Part shown: positions 39,707 through 49,616 of the stretch, piece by piece | Layout of the letters: each line of letters starts with the position of its first letter | How positions within the stretch are numbered: the stretch's first letter is position 1 | Source: Chloroflexota bacterium | Lineage (GTDB): Bacteria > Chloroflexota > UBA11872 > VXOZ01 | NCBI GenBank assembly: GCA_963662335.2 | Contig: CAXXVD010000001.1 | Coordinates: 96,001-160,000, forward strand | Length of the DNA stretch: 64,000 bases | Reading direction: 5' to 3' | Notes under the pieces: model-generated | Told to the model about the DNA's origin: nothing | Database searches by the model: none | The model's input: the letters and a program-made list of their open reading frames with translations, nothing else | Program-made: the position numbers and the translations under genes

Positions 39707-41587
39707 TCACGGCGCGCGAATCCGGCCCGCGCCCCCCACCGGATAACGGTCCGCCGTAATCACCCCGCCGAGTTCCTCCCCGATGTAGTTCACGATCGCT
39801 TGGCGGTACGTCACGCCCAGGGAAACGAACGGCGCGCCGCGATAGGGGTACTCGTCGCCGCCCCGCGCGATGAAGTCGAGCGTAGCGATATGCACCGGGC
39901 CCGCGCCGGCCACCGCCGCGCCATCCCGCACCAGCCACGTGCCGTCGGCCAGTTGCGCGCTGCGCACCCGCGTGCCGGGGGTCACCACCCGGCCGTCCTC
40001 ATCCAGCGCCTGGGACGTCCCATTCGCGTCCCACACGAACGTAAACCCGGCAATCTGGGGGAAGCGGCCGTCCCGGTGTTCGGCCTGGGAAACGGCGTTT
40101 TCCAGAATCTCCTTGAACTGTGCCGCCCCGATGTCCGGCACGATCGTAATGAAATTCGGGAAAGGCGCCATGCCGTAGACGTCCAGCGCGTACACGGGAC
40201 CGGCCGCGATCATGCCGTCGTTGCGAATACCGCCGCCGTTTTGGATTGCGACGTGCGGCGCGGGCGCGCCAAAGTCCGCGGCTAACGCCCGCGCTTGCCA
40301 GAGCACGGCGTCGGCCATCAGGTTGCCCTGGTTGGTCTCCCGCGTCCGCACCGCCTCGCGCCGTCCGTCTAGCGGCGCCTCGGTTACGGCCACGACCTGC
40401 CGCGCCAGAGCACTGACGTGCGCGGCCACCGGCGCTACCACGCGCTCCTGCACCTCGGGGTGCGACGCCACGGCGTCAGGCTGCGCGCCGCCGGCCACGC
40501 GCACCGGGCCGCTGGCGGGATCAATCGCCGTCACGTTGCCATTGGCGTCGAACTCCACCGTTAACCGGCCCACGTACAGATACCGGCCGGGCACGCTCAC
40601 CACCGGCACGGCGCTGCCGCCGGCGCTCTCCGCCAGCAGCGGGTACGGGCCATAGCGCGAATCCTCATCGCCGGGCACGAGCAGGTCGCCCTCGTTCGCC
40701 AGCAACTCGCTGCCGCCGCCCGCTACCACTATGTCAACGCCCCGTAATTGGGCAACGAGCGCAAGGTCGCCCGCAATGCCGTGAAGATGGCTAAGCAGGA
40801 TAATCTTGTTCACGCCCGCGGCTGCCAGCGCGTCGATCTCCTGCTGCACCCGCCCGGCAACGTCGTCGTCCACGCGCACGTTGCGGGGACTGGAAATATA
40901 GGGCAGGCCGGGAGTGGTGGCGCCGACCACGCCGACGCGCTCACCGCCGACGGTGAGAATCACGCTGGCGGCAATGCGCCCGTCCGCCGCCAACGCGGCC
41001 AGGCGCGGCTCCCCGCTGAAGTCGAGATTCGCGCTGAGAAAGGGAACCGGCGTGGAGAACGCGCCGATCGCGTCCGCCAGCACTTCCGGCCCAAAGTCGA
41101 ATTCGTGGTTGCCCAACGCAATCGCGTCGTAGCCGATCAACTCCAAAGCCATGACGTCGTAGAAGGGCGTGTCAGGCGATTCCAGGCTTGCGCTAATCTC
41201 CGGTCCGGCAAGGTAACTGTCTCCCGCGGACAGCGCTACAACGCCGCCGCCGCCGTCGCGCGCTTCCTCCCGCAGCTTGGCCACCAGCGCCGCGAAGCGG
41301 GCCGCGCCGCCAAAGTCCTCGCGCCCCCGGCCGGCGTGCAGCAACTGGGACTCGGCGTCGTTGTTGTGCAGAATCGTCAGCCGGAACGACTCCGGCGCGG
41401 GGACCGGCGTCTCCTGGATGGTTTCCGGAGCGGCGGTTGCGGTTGGTTCCGGTGACGGCCTTGACGTCGGTTCGCCAGGCTCCACGACCGCGCAGGCGGC
41501 ACACGTGAGCGCAAACGCAAGAGCAAGCGCACATGCCAGCGCCTGTCGCGTATGGCGCAGTGTCCTGAGTCTATGCATGTCAGTCAC
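39707..41587 (-). CDS. Bifunctional metallophosphatase / 5'-nucleotidase lipoprotein
   Basis: TILHNND.ES, LSAGD, LGNHEFDFG, ILLSH, QNGGGIR, PFPN, GRFPQ. Confidence 0.88.
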   Translation of the reverse strand: MTDMHRLRTLRHTRQALACALALAFALTCAACAVVEPGEPTSRPSPEPTATAAPETIQETPVPAPESFRLTILHNNDAESQLLHAGRGREDFGGAARFAALVAKLREEARDGGGGVVALSAGDSYLAGPEISASLESPDTPFYDVMALELIGYDAIALGNHEFDFGPEVLADAIGAFSTPVPFLSANLDFSGEPRLAALAADGRIAASVILTVGGERVGVVGATTPGLPYISSPRNVRVDDDVAGRVQQEIDALAAAGVNKIILLSHLHGIAGDLALVAQLRGVDIVVAGGGSELLANEGDLLVPGDEDSRYGPYPLLAESAGGSAVPVVSVPGRYLYVGRLTVEFDANGNVTAIDPASGPVRVAGGAQPDAVASHPEVQERVVAPVAAHVSALARQVVAVTEAPLDGRREAVRTRETNQGNLMADAVLWQARALAADFGAPAPHVAIQNGGGIRNDGMIAAGPVYALDVYGMAPFPNFITIVPDIGAAQFKEILENAVSQAEHRDGRFPQIAGFTFVWDANGTSQALDEDGRVVTPGTRVRSAQLADGTWLVRDGAAVAGAGPVHIATLDFIARGGDEYPYRGAPFVSLGVTYRQAIVNYIGEELGGVITADRYPVGGAGRIRAP

Positions 41588-41633
41588 AGCTATTTCCTCG
41601 CGGCAGCGTCTCCCGTGCGCGGGCCGATTCGCC

Positions 41634-42392
41634 TTATGCCGTCCGCCGCGCGGTGAGGATGAGCCGGCCGCTGTCGGGCGCGAGCGCTTCCCCGGCCAGG
41701 CCGCCAAAGAAGTCGAGCCGCTCCATGCCGGCGAGAGTTAACATGCGCTCCAACTCGTGCGGCAGGTAGACCCGCACGCGCAAGTCGCGTTCGATGCGCT
41801 CGCCGTCCGGCGTGATGATGACGCGGCGCGTGTGCTGGCAGCCGGTCTCATAGTCCATGCGGTTCCGGTTCACCATGGCGTAGCCGGTGGATGCCATTTC
41901 CGAGTCTTCCCACACGTGCTTCTGGTAAGTCTGGATTGGGTTCGGCATCTCCATCACGAAACGGCCGCCGGGGCGCAGCGCCGCCGCCACGTCGTTCAGC
42001 ACCTTCTGGTCTTCCTCATCGCTCTCCAGGTAGCCCAGCGCCGTAAACCAATTGACCACGCCGTCGAACGCCCGCTCGAACGGCAGCGCGCGCATGTCAC
42101 CCTGCACCAAGTTGACGTCCAGCCCGCGCACCTGCCCGTCCTTGTACGCCTGGCGCATGAGCACGGCCGAGCGGTCCAGGCCGATGACGGAATAGCCGTG
42201 GATTGCCAGTTGAATGAGGTGGCGTCCCTGGCCGCAGGCAAGGTCCAGCAACGTCGAGCCCGGCCGCAACTCCAGCAAGCGCTCGATCGCCTCCACCTCC
42301 GGCACGGTGTAGCGGTCGCCGGTCAGGTCGGCGTAGGTTGCCAGATAGAGTTCGTCGAAACGGTCGCGGGACGACGGGCCTTGCGGGGGCAT
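41634..42392 (-). CDS. Class I SAM-dependent methyltransferase
   Basis: LLDLACGQGRH, GLDRS, QGDMR.LP, LRPGGRF. Confidence 0.87.
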   Translation of the reverse strand: MPPQGPSSRDRFDELYLATYADLTGDRYTVPEVEAIERLLELRPGSTLLDLACGQGRHLIQLAIHGYSVIGLDRSAVLMRQAYKDGQVRGLDVNLVQGDMRALPFERAFDGVVNWFTALGYLESDEEDQKVLNDVAAALRPGGRFVMEMPNPIQTYQKHVWEDSEMASTGYAMVNRNRMDYETGCQHTRRVIITPDGERIERDLRVRVYLPHELERMLTLAGMERLDFFGGLAGEALAPDSGRLILTARRTA

Positions 42393-42686
42393 GAGTCTCT
42401 TCCTCTCGCTCGTGCGGTCTTAATGCCTCTTGACCGCCGGGAGCGCTCTCTACTAAGGATACTATGCCGCCGCCATGCGCGTCTCCCATACGGCATCGTT
42501 TGGAAGTACGGCAGCGTACCGCAAGTAATGGTGGGCTCCCACGTTCTAGACGCCCCCTTAGCGCTTTCGCAAGGAATGGGTCAGCAAGCTAAGATAGGTA
42601 GAGTACTTACTTGGCTACTTTTCGGCGCGCGCTTCGCGGGAAGCAGTGATGTAAGCTGGACGCGGCACAGTAGAGGGAAGAGATTC

Positions 42687-44252
42687 TTGAGAACACCGTC
42701 AGCGAACCTTGGTAAACTCGGCATTCTCGCCGGCGCCGCTGCCTCCGCGCTCCTGCTCGTGCTGGCCTCGCCGCCGTACGACTACTGGTTCCTGGCGTGG
42801 GTGGCGCTGGTACCGATGTTCGGGGTGATGGCGCTGCCCGCGCCGCGGCCGCGCGCCGCCCGGGCCGCGTGCGCCTTGACCTACGTGCTCTACGTGGGCG
42901 TGCTCTTGTGGCAGGCCTTTCCGCCCGGCCTAACCTCCCGCGCGTGGCGGGGCAGCGACTTTCCGCCGATTCTGTTTCTCGACTCGCCGGCGCTCTTCGT
43001 GAGCGTCGTCCTGCTGCCGGCGCTCTTCGCGCTCTTCTATTTTGGCCGCGTGCCGTGCGGGCCGCCGCTGGCGCTGGCGCGGGCGCGGCCGCATCTCTGG
43101 CTGCTGCCGCCGGCGGTCTGGACGCTGACGGAATACGTCCGTTACCGCTTGCAACTCGGCCACATCTGGGGCAATCTCTTCACCACCCAGCACACGGTAC
43201 CAGGGGCGATGGCGCTCTCCCACGTGGGCGGGCCGTGGCTAATCACGTTCTGCATCGTCCTGATCAACGTGCTCATTGCGGTCGCGCTTGCGCTGATAGT
43301 AGCGCGCCGCGCCGTTAACGCTACCGGCGCGGTTGCGCTGGCGGTACCGCTTCTTGCCGTCGGTTTGCTGCTGGGCGCGGCGGGACGCGCCTCTGCCGTG
43401 CCACCGGCCCAGGACGGCCCGCAAACGATTGACGTGGCGCTCGTGCAGACCGGCCTCGACATGGCCGACTATTTCGACAAGGCGTATGCGCAGGGCGTGC
43501 AAGACTACTACGGCTTCGCCTGGAACGACGTGGAGGCGCTCACCCGCGAGCAGGCCCAGGGCGCGGACCTCATCGTCTGGCCTGAGGCCACGGTCTGGCA
43601 CGACCTGCAAGTCGACGACGAGGCGCGCGAACGGCTGGCGGAATTCGCCCGCGAAATGAACGCCTACCTCTTCGTGCCCTATTTCGTGGATACCGATCCG
43701 CGCGGCTACCGCAACGAGGCCATGCTGATTGCGCCCAGCGGCGAGTTTCTCGGCATGTACGCCAAGAACTACCCCATCATCTTCGTGGGCGAACAGAGCG
43801 TCACCGGCGGCGGCCATCCGGTTTTCTCTACCCCGCTGGGCACGTTCGCGACCATGATGGCGTACGATTCCGACTTTCCCGACGTGGCGCGCAAACTCAC
43901 CGCCAACGGCGCGCAACTGATTGCGGTCACCAGCCACGATTGGCTGGAGATGAGCCCGTACCAGGTGGCCGCCAGCGCCCAACGCGCCGCCGAGAACAAC
44001 GTGACGGTAGTGAAAGTGGACTGGCGCTACGGCAGCGCGGTAATCCGGCCCAACGGCGAGATCATCGCCGCCACGTCGGCTTCGGAACCGGCGCGCACGG
44101 TGCTCCGCGCCGCCGTGCCCCTGCCGGAGTCGTCGGGCACCCTCTACACCCGCACCGGCGATTGGTTTCCGGTGCTCTGCGCGCTCTACCTTTTGGCTGT
44201 GAGCGCCCGCGCCCTCTGGACGCGGCGGCAAGCCAAGCGAGCGCAAAGCTGA
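42687..44252 (+). CDS. Apolipoprotein N-acyltransferase (Lnt)-like membrane nitrilase-fold protein
   Basis: LAWVALVP, W...EY.R, VALVQ, IVWPEA, RN.A, YAK, TLYTRTGDWF; TTG start estimated. Confidence 0.72.
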   Translation: MRTPSANLGKLGILAGAAASALLLVLASPPYDYWFLAWVALVPMFGVMALPAPRPRAARAACALTYVLYVGVLLWQAFPPGLTSRAWRGSDFPPILFLDSPALFVSVVLLPALFALFYFGRVPCGPPLALARARPHLWLLPPAVWTLTEYVRYRLQLGHIWGNLFTTQHTVPGAMALSHVGGPWLITFCIVLINVLIAVALALIVARRAVNATGAVALAVPLLAVGLLLGAAGRASAVPPAQDGPQTIDVALVQTGLDMADYFDKAYAQGVQDYYGFAWNDVEALTREQAQGADLIVWPEATVWHDLQVDDEARERLAEFAREMNAYLFVPYFVDTDPRGYRNEAMLIAPSGEFLGMYAKNYPIIFVGEQSVTGGGHPVFSTPLGTFATMMAYDSDFPDVARKLTANGAQLIAVTSHDWLEMSPYQVAASAQRAAENNVTVVKVDWRYGSAVIRPNGEIIAATSASEPARTVLRAAVPLPESSGTLYTRTGDWFPVLCALYLLAVSARALWTRRQAKRAQS

Positions 44253-44273
44253 TCTTCCGGTTCCCTCTCCCAG

Positions 44274-44420
44274 GCTAACAGGGGCATGTACGTGTCATTC
44301 CGAGCGCAGCGAGGAATCTAAGGTGCAGACATTGCGGGGCAGCGCCTTAGATTCCTCACTCCGCTGCGCTCCGTTCGGAATGACACGCGAAGTCGATAGT
44401 TGATATCACATCGCTGTCAG
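44274..44420. mobile_element. Composite MITE/REPIN-like element, copy 1
   Basis: GCT(A/G)ACAGGGG...CTGTCAG termini enclosing an asymmetric family-B doublet; homologous to 49304-49469 and 58528-58685. Confidence 0.6.
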
Positions 44421-44482
44421 TTGGGGAGAGGGAAAAGGCGAGGGGCTCGCCAGCCTGCGCAGCGGCGCGAAGGAACTCAACC

Positions 44483-45646
44483 ATGAAAAAGGCAACGCTC
44501 ACCGGCAAGCAGAGCGACTTTCTCAAAATCGTCGTGGCCGCCGCGGGCCGCGGCGACCTGGAAGTGGTGCAGGCGCTGGTGGAAGACAATCCCCGTTGGC
44601 TGCACACCGTCGGCTCTCACGGGCGCACCATGCTGTGGGAAGCGGCGTACCGGGGCAAGCTGGCGGTGGCGCGGTATCTCGTGGAGCGCGGCGCGGACAT
44701 CGACGCCAGCGCCTGCCACTACAGCGAGCACTACGTGGAAATAAGCTGCTACTGCGTCGCGCGGGTCAAGCAACGGCACGCGCTGGCCGACTATCTCCTG
44801 GCTCAGGGCGCGGTCGTCGGCATACACACGGTCGCCTATCTGGGCGATACCGCGGCGGTCTGCGCATTCCTGGATGCCGACCCGGCGCTGTTGGAACAGA
44901 CCCACGCGCAACACGACGTGCAGCGCAGTGAGGGTAAGCGGCTGGCGTTCGATCCCACGCCCCACTCGTGGTCTACGCCGCTTGCCTACGCAGTCAGCGG
45001 CGGCTGCGCCGAAACCGTGGCGTTGCTACTGGCGCGCGGCGCGGCGGTGGCGGCCCACAGCGCGCGCCTGCTGGCGATTGCGGTCGGCCGCGGCCGGCTC
45101 GACTTGACGCGGATGCTGCTGGGACACGGGGCCGAAGCCGCCCAACTGCCATTGGCAGATCCCTCCCAGAATCGAGAACTGGCGAAACTGGCAATTGCCC
45201 ACGGCTACGACATCGATACCGGACGCCCCGGCTGGCCGCCGCTGGTGGTTGCCAGCCGCGGCGACAAAGGCGAGCATCCCGAGCGCATTCAGGCGCTGCT
45301 GGAACTGGGCGCGGACGTAAACGTGCGCGACTACAAGGGCAAGACCGCGCTCCACCGCGCCGCCACTGCCGGCTTTCTGTATAGCATGGAAGTTCTCCTG
45401 GCCCACGGCGCGGACATCGAGGCGGCAGACAAGCAGGGAGAGACGCCAGTCTTCGACGCGGTGCGCGCAGACCGGGTTGAGTCTGTGGCGCTGCTGCTCG
45501 AAAAGGGCGCCAATCCAGCGGTCAGAAACACCAAAGGCGTCTCTATAGTCTCTATGTCGCTTAGGATGAGGAAGAAGGGCGCAGCCGAAATAGCCGCAAT
45601 ATTGGAAGAGGCTTTTCGGTCCCTAGGCAAGAGTCGCAAGCATTGA
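44483..45646 (+). CDS. Ankyrin-repeat protein
   Basis: GRTMLWEAA, TPLAYAV, PPLVVAS, GKTALHRAA, GETPVFDAV with LL..GADVN linkers. Confidence 0.88.
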   Translation: MKKATLTGKQSDFLKIVVAAAGRGDLEVVQALVEDNPRWLHTVGSHGRTMLWEAAYRGKLAVARYLVERGADIDASACHYSEHYVEISCYCVARVKQRHALADYLLAQGAVVGIHTVAYLGDTAAVCAFLDADPALLEQTHAQHDVQRSEGKRLAFDPTPHSWSTPLAYAVSGGCAETVALLLARGAAVAAHSARLLAIAVGRGRLDLTRMLLGHGAEAAQLPLADPSQNRELAKLAIAHGYDIDTGRPGWPPLVVASRGDKGEHPERIQALLELGADVNVRDYKGKTALHRAATAGFLYSMEVLLAHGADIEAADKQGETPVFDAVRADRVESVALLLEKGANPAVRNTKGVSIVSMSLRMRKKGAAEIAAILEEAFRSLGKSRKH

Positions 45647-45767
45647 TGGAATTTCGTGCCCTCGCTCTGCTGGTGACTTTCTGGGATGCTTGCTCTTCGC
45701 CTATTCACTATGAGACTGCCCTTGGGACTTAGGCTCCAATGCTGGAACTCCTAGCAGATGAAGATCT

Positions 45768-45926
45768 CTAGGAGTCATCTTCTCGACTGGCGTGAAAGCT
45801 CTCCCAAAAGACGTCTACCACGCGCTTTGCAATTGACTCCGGATCATTCTTGTCTTCCTTGGGGGCATCAATAGCCTTGAGACTTTCTCCGTCTTCAAGC
45901 GGTTGGTCGGTGCGAGGTACTTCCAT
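45768..45926 (-). CDS. Small acidic hypothetical protein overlapping the 3' end of the Ntn-like gene
   Basis: ATG preceded by AAGGAGG; MEVPRTDQPLEDG...VVDVFWESF. Confidence 0.4.
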   Translation of the reverse strand: MEVPRTDQPLEDGESLKAIDAPKEDKNDPESIAKRVVDVFWESFHASREDDS

Positions 45927-46857
45927 CTTGGCCTCCTTTGAACTTTTGAAAATACTGTGGATTGATCTCTGGGTCAAAATATCGTTTCCGTTTTATCCAA
46001 ATGAATCCATCTCCTTTCGAGATTAAAGCCACGTCAATCGGTCCACCGACGGTTTCATGATCTTCAGAAACCTTCCGCTTGAGCGATTGCAACCCTACTA
46101 AGGCCTCCGCTACTGTTGGCAATTCACTCTTGGGCATTTCGGCGATAGTTCGAAGCACAGGTAGCGCGTATTCGTCACGCTCCATTCGCCTAACTTCCCG
46201 ATAAAGACTTTGCAATGCATCTTCCACTCCCCGGGATATCTTTTCATCGGACCCTTCAATTGTATCGGCCAAGAGCTTTGTGAGCATAATCTCAAATACG
46301 TTCAACAGCTTGCCTCTATATGATGGCTCGACTCCGTTCATGAAGCCCTGTACTACTTCCTTTTGCGCATATGGGAGAATTAAGGCCTCAATCCCTTGAA
46401 TGGCTATGCTCGGTTTTTCTAAACGATACGAGAGTTGTCCCCGAAAGCCCAAAACCTCCAAAGATACAATGGCAGGATACACTTCGCTTCCGCCAAATCC
46501 GGCTACCACAATGCCAGAGCGCGGCCACTTTACGTTGCTTCCGTCTATCCGAAACTTGCTAGCTTGCTCATTGATGAAGCGGATGAAATCCAATGTAAAG
46601 TCTTCGACAGTTTCCTTTTCCTCCGCCCCCAAGCGGTCTCTGTACAGCTTGATAACAGTTTCCCACGGCACTTCTCCCAGACGTGTATTCCCATAGATCA
46701 TTATCCCCACTGGATGCCACTGTGAAAGCGCAAAGAGCTTGTCTGCCGACGTAAATATCTTGGTGATTTCCTCATCTTCACCTTCCACGATTGTAACTGC
46801 ACTGTCAGCGGCTAGAGCTACTGCCTCTTGGTTCATCACTGCGATTTCGGCAGTCAC
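45895..46857 (-). CDS. Proteasome-beta/Ntn-hydrolase-like hypothetical protein
   Basis: GTG start giving TAEIAVMNQEAVALAADS (Thr1, Asp17), DKLF, IVVAGF, TVGGPIDVA.I. Confidence 0.6.
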   Translation of the reverse strand: MTAEIAVMNQEAVALAADSAVTIVEGEDEEITKIFTSADKLFALSQWHPVGIMIYGNTRLGEVPWETVIKLYRDRLGAEEKETVEDFTLDFIRFINEQASKFRIDGSNVKWPRSGIVVAGFGGSEVYPAIVSLEVLGFRGQLSYRLEKPSIAIQGIEALILPYAQKEVVQGFMNGVEPSYRGKLLNVFEIMLTKLLADTIEGSDEKISRGVEDALQSLYREVRRMERDEYALPVLRTIAEMPKSELPTVAEALVGLQSLKRKVSEDHETVGGPIDVALISKGDGFIWIKRKRYFDPEINPQYFQKFKGGQDGSTSHRPTA

Positions 46858-47017
46858 CAAACCCTCCCTCAGGCGCTCTTACCCTATTGGCTCGCCACCC
46901 TCACGGCCATACAATCTAAACAGCATACCGTCACCTAAACCCATAGTACACCCTAGTGGGCTCTATTCAAAGTGCAGTGCAGAAACAAGACCGGGAAGAG
47001 TGCTACACGCCTTGCGT

Positions 47018-47803
47018 TCATCCGTTGGTGTTACCGCTAGAGCTTTGACCCAATTGTGCCCGGAAGCGTTCCAGCGCCGCCAGTATGCCGTCTTCCTCGA
47101 CGTCCGGCGCGATCCAGTGGGCTATGGCCTTCAGGTCCGGGTGCGCGTTGCCCATGGCGATGCGCAGGCCGCACTCCTGGAGGAACTCCACGTCGTTGGG
47201 CCCGTCGCCGATGCCCATGATGTGGGCAGGGGTAGTGTCGAGCAGGCGCGCGTAGCGATGGACGGCCGTGGCCTTGGTGCCGCGCTTGTGTGTGACGTCC
47301 ACGCCCCACGTCCGGCCGGGCTCGTACGGGAAGCGCGTCACGTGCACCGGGCATTCCGGGCCAAAGAGTTGCCCAAAGCGTGAAAGTTCGGCGGTTGGCA
47401 CCGGCAGCACCGTGACGCGCGTGATGCGCCAGTGACGCACGTCGCCAATCGTATCCACCACCGTCGTATCGTCCACGGCCGAGAACGTGTAGCCGCCCTG
47501 CACCGCAGCCTCCAGTACGGCGCGCGCGTCCTCAGGTTCCAGATAGAGGCAGTCCAGCGTCTCCATCGTTTCCACGTGGAAGATGCGCGCGCCGCCGTCG
47601 GACACGTGCGGGCCTTTGAGGTCGAACCGCGCCGCCATGGCGGCCACGTAGTGGAGATCCCGGCTGGAGATGAGGCTCACCTGACACCGTTGGGCCGCGG
47701 CGGTAAGTCCCGCAACTACGGCCGGCGAGGGCGGCACGCCATAGGGCGCCAGCGTGCCGTCGATGTCGCTGAGCACGGCAGTGTAAAAGGGTTGAGACGG
47801 CAT
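47018..47803 (-). CDS. HAD-superfamily hydrolase, Cof type (IIB)
   Basis: SDIDGTL, SSR, TKATA, GDGPND, AMGNA. Confidence 0.87.
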   Translation of the reverse strand: MPSQPFYTAVLSDIDGTLAPYGVPPSPAVVAGLTAAAQRCQVSLISSRDLHYVAAMAARFDLKGPHVSDGGARIFHVETMETLDCLYLEPEDARAVLEAAVQGGYTFSAVDDTTVVDTIGDVRHWRITRVTVLPVPTAELSRFGQLFGPECPVHVTRFPYEPGRTWGVDVTHKRGTKATAVHRYARLLDTTPAHIMGIGDGPNDVEFLQECGLRIAMGNAHPDLKAIAHWIAPDVEEDGILAALERFRAQLGQSSSGNTNG

Positions 47804-47824
47804 GGGAGGCTCTCGCGAAGCGGC

Positions 47825-49189
47825 CTATGCCGCAGCAACGCGCCGCGCCGCCTGTGCCGCGCCTTCAACGAAGCGGTTAATCTCAGCCGGCCCCATCGGC
47901 GTGGAGAGCGCGCCCAGTCCCTCCTTGGAAACGATGATTCCCGCATCCATGAGGCCGCGATGCAAGCCGCGCATGAGCGCCTCCGCCGCCGGCCCCTTGG
48001 GGATGCTGCGATAATTGACGATGGGCGCGTCCGTCGGCGTAACCAGAATCAGCGAACCGGCGCCGGAAACCTGCCCCGCCACGCCCGCGTCCGCAAAGGC
48101 CGCGTTGGCGCGGGCGCGCAGGTCGTCGCCCAGTGTCTCCAGGCGCGTGTACGCTTCCGGCGTGAGTTGGGTAAGCGCCGCGTAGCCGGCCGTAGCCGAG
48201 AGCGGATTGCCGCTGTACGTGCCGCCGGAGGCCAGGGCGGGCGGCCCCTCGGTCGGATCCAGCAGGGCCATGACTTCGGCGCGCCCGCCTACCGCGCCAA
48301 TCGGCAATCCGCCGCCGATGATCTTGCCAAAGACCGTCAGGTCCGGCTCGCCGCCAAAGCGCGCCGCCCCGCCCGCGTAACTCACGCGAAAGCTGATCAC
48401 CTCATCTGAAATCAGCACGATGCCGTAGTCGCGGGTGATCTCGCGCAGGAATTCCAGAAAGCCGTCCTGCGGCAGCGGAAAGCCGGCGCGGTTGCAAAGC
48501 GGATCGTAGAGCACCGCCGCCAGGTCTCGTCCGTGTTGGTCGAGCAGGCGGGCCACGGCTTCGGGGTCGTTGTAGGGCAGCGTGAGCACGTCGGACTCCA
48601 CCGCATCCGCCAGGCCGCCGCTGCTGGCCACGCTGTGCGGCGCGTCCGCCGGGCCCCACGTGTTGGGCTGCGAGGAGTAGCTCACCTGCACGTAGTCGTA
48701 GTAGCCGTGGTAGAAGCCCTCGAATTTGGCGATGCGGCTGCGACCGGTGTAGGCCCGCGCCAGCTTGACCGCCAGCATCACGGCCTCGGTGCCGGAATTC
48801 GCAAAACGAATCTTCTCCAAAGACGGCACCCGCTCCACCAGCAACCGGGCCAGCCGCAGTTCCGGCTCAGCCGGTTCCGAGAAGGCCGTGCCGCGTTGCA
48901 GTTGGTCGCTGATGGCCGCGTTGATGGCCGGGTTGGCGTGGCCGTGAATCAGCGCGGTCATGTTGTTGAGATAGTCGACGCGCTCGACGCCCTCGACGTC
49001 GGTCAGGTAGCAGCCGCGCCCTGACTGCGCGTAGATCGGATACGGCTGGTAGTAGTAGTGCAGCCGCGACGTGCCGCCCGGCATGTACCGGCTGGATTCC
49101 GCGAATAGCTTGGCGGTTTCATCCGTGGGGGCCGCAACTGCCGCGCCCGGCCCTGTCGCAACCGCTCCCGGGCTCTGCCCCTGGCTCAT
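47825..49189 (-). CDS. Class III PLP aminotransferase (HemL/GSA-aminomutase-like paralog)
   Basis: RFANSGTEA, KFEGFYHG, DEVISFR, FGKIIGGGLP, GTYSGNP. Confidence 0.87.
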   Translation of the reverse strand: MSQGQSPGAVATGPGAAVAAPTDETAKLFAESSRYMPGGTSRLHYYYQPYPIYAQSGRGCYLTDVEGVERVDYLNNMTALIHGHANPAINAAISDQLQRGTAFSEPAEPELRLARLLVERVPSLEKIRFANSGTEAVMLAVKLARAYTGRSRIAKFEGFYHGYYDYVQVSYSSQPNTWGPADAPHSVASSGGLADAVESDVLTLPYNDPEAVARLLDQHGRDLAAVLYDPLCNRAGFPLPQDGFLEFLREITRDYGIVLISDEVISFRVSYAGGAARFGGEPDLTVFGKIIGGGLPIGAVGGRAEVMALLDPTEGPPALASGGTYSGNPLSATAGYAALTQLTPEAYTRLETLGDDLRARANAAFADAGVAGQVSGAGSLILVTPTDAPIVNYRSIPKGPAAEALMRGLHRGLMDAGIIVSKEGLGALSTPMGPAEINRFVEGAAQAARRVAAA

Positions 49190-49303
49190 AGCCACCTCCT
49201 CGTGCGTGTCATGTCTATGGAGACATTCGAGTAATTCCGTCATTCCGGCGGAAGCCGGAATCCAGAGGCGCACCTCCACCCCCATCCGAACCTTTCCTCA
49301 TCA

Positions 49304-49469
49304 AAGGGCTGGCAGGGGCAGGTATTCCACAATCGACCTCACCTGTCATTCCGAACGGAGCGCAGCGGAGTGAGGAATCTAAGGTACAGCCAAGCAAAAT
49401 CAGCATCTTTGGATTCCTTAGATTCCTCGCTGCGCTCGGAATGACACTTACCTACCCCTGTCAGCCCTT
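49304..49469. mobile_element. Composite MITE/REPIN-like element, copy 2
   Basis: AAGGGCTGGCAGGGG...CCCCTGTCAGCCCTT inverted termini around a family-B doublet. Confidence 0.62.
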
Positions 49470-49616
49470 CGAAGGGTTAGGGGTTATGCTATGGCCCCTT
49501 AGGCCGATAGTATACCCAATGGCGCGCCCGCATAGTGACGCGGCCGGGAGACTAACCCGCTTGTGCTAGAATCTCTGTACCGAAACCCGATGCAAGAACG
49601 AGACTGCGCGGCAACC

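Noticed and set aside
47825-49189. Assigning hemL here or at 59047..60441, or dapA to the DHDPS-family genes
   Set aside because: Family-level motifs only; the paralogs are divergent and the context suggests catabolic roles.
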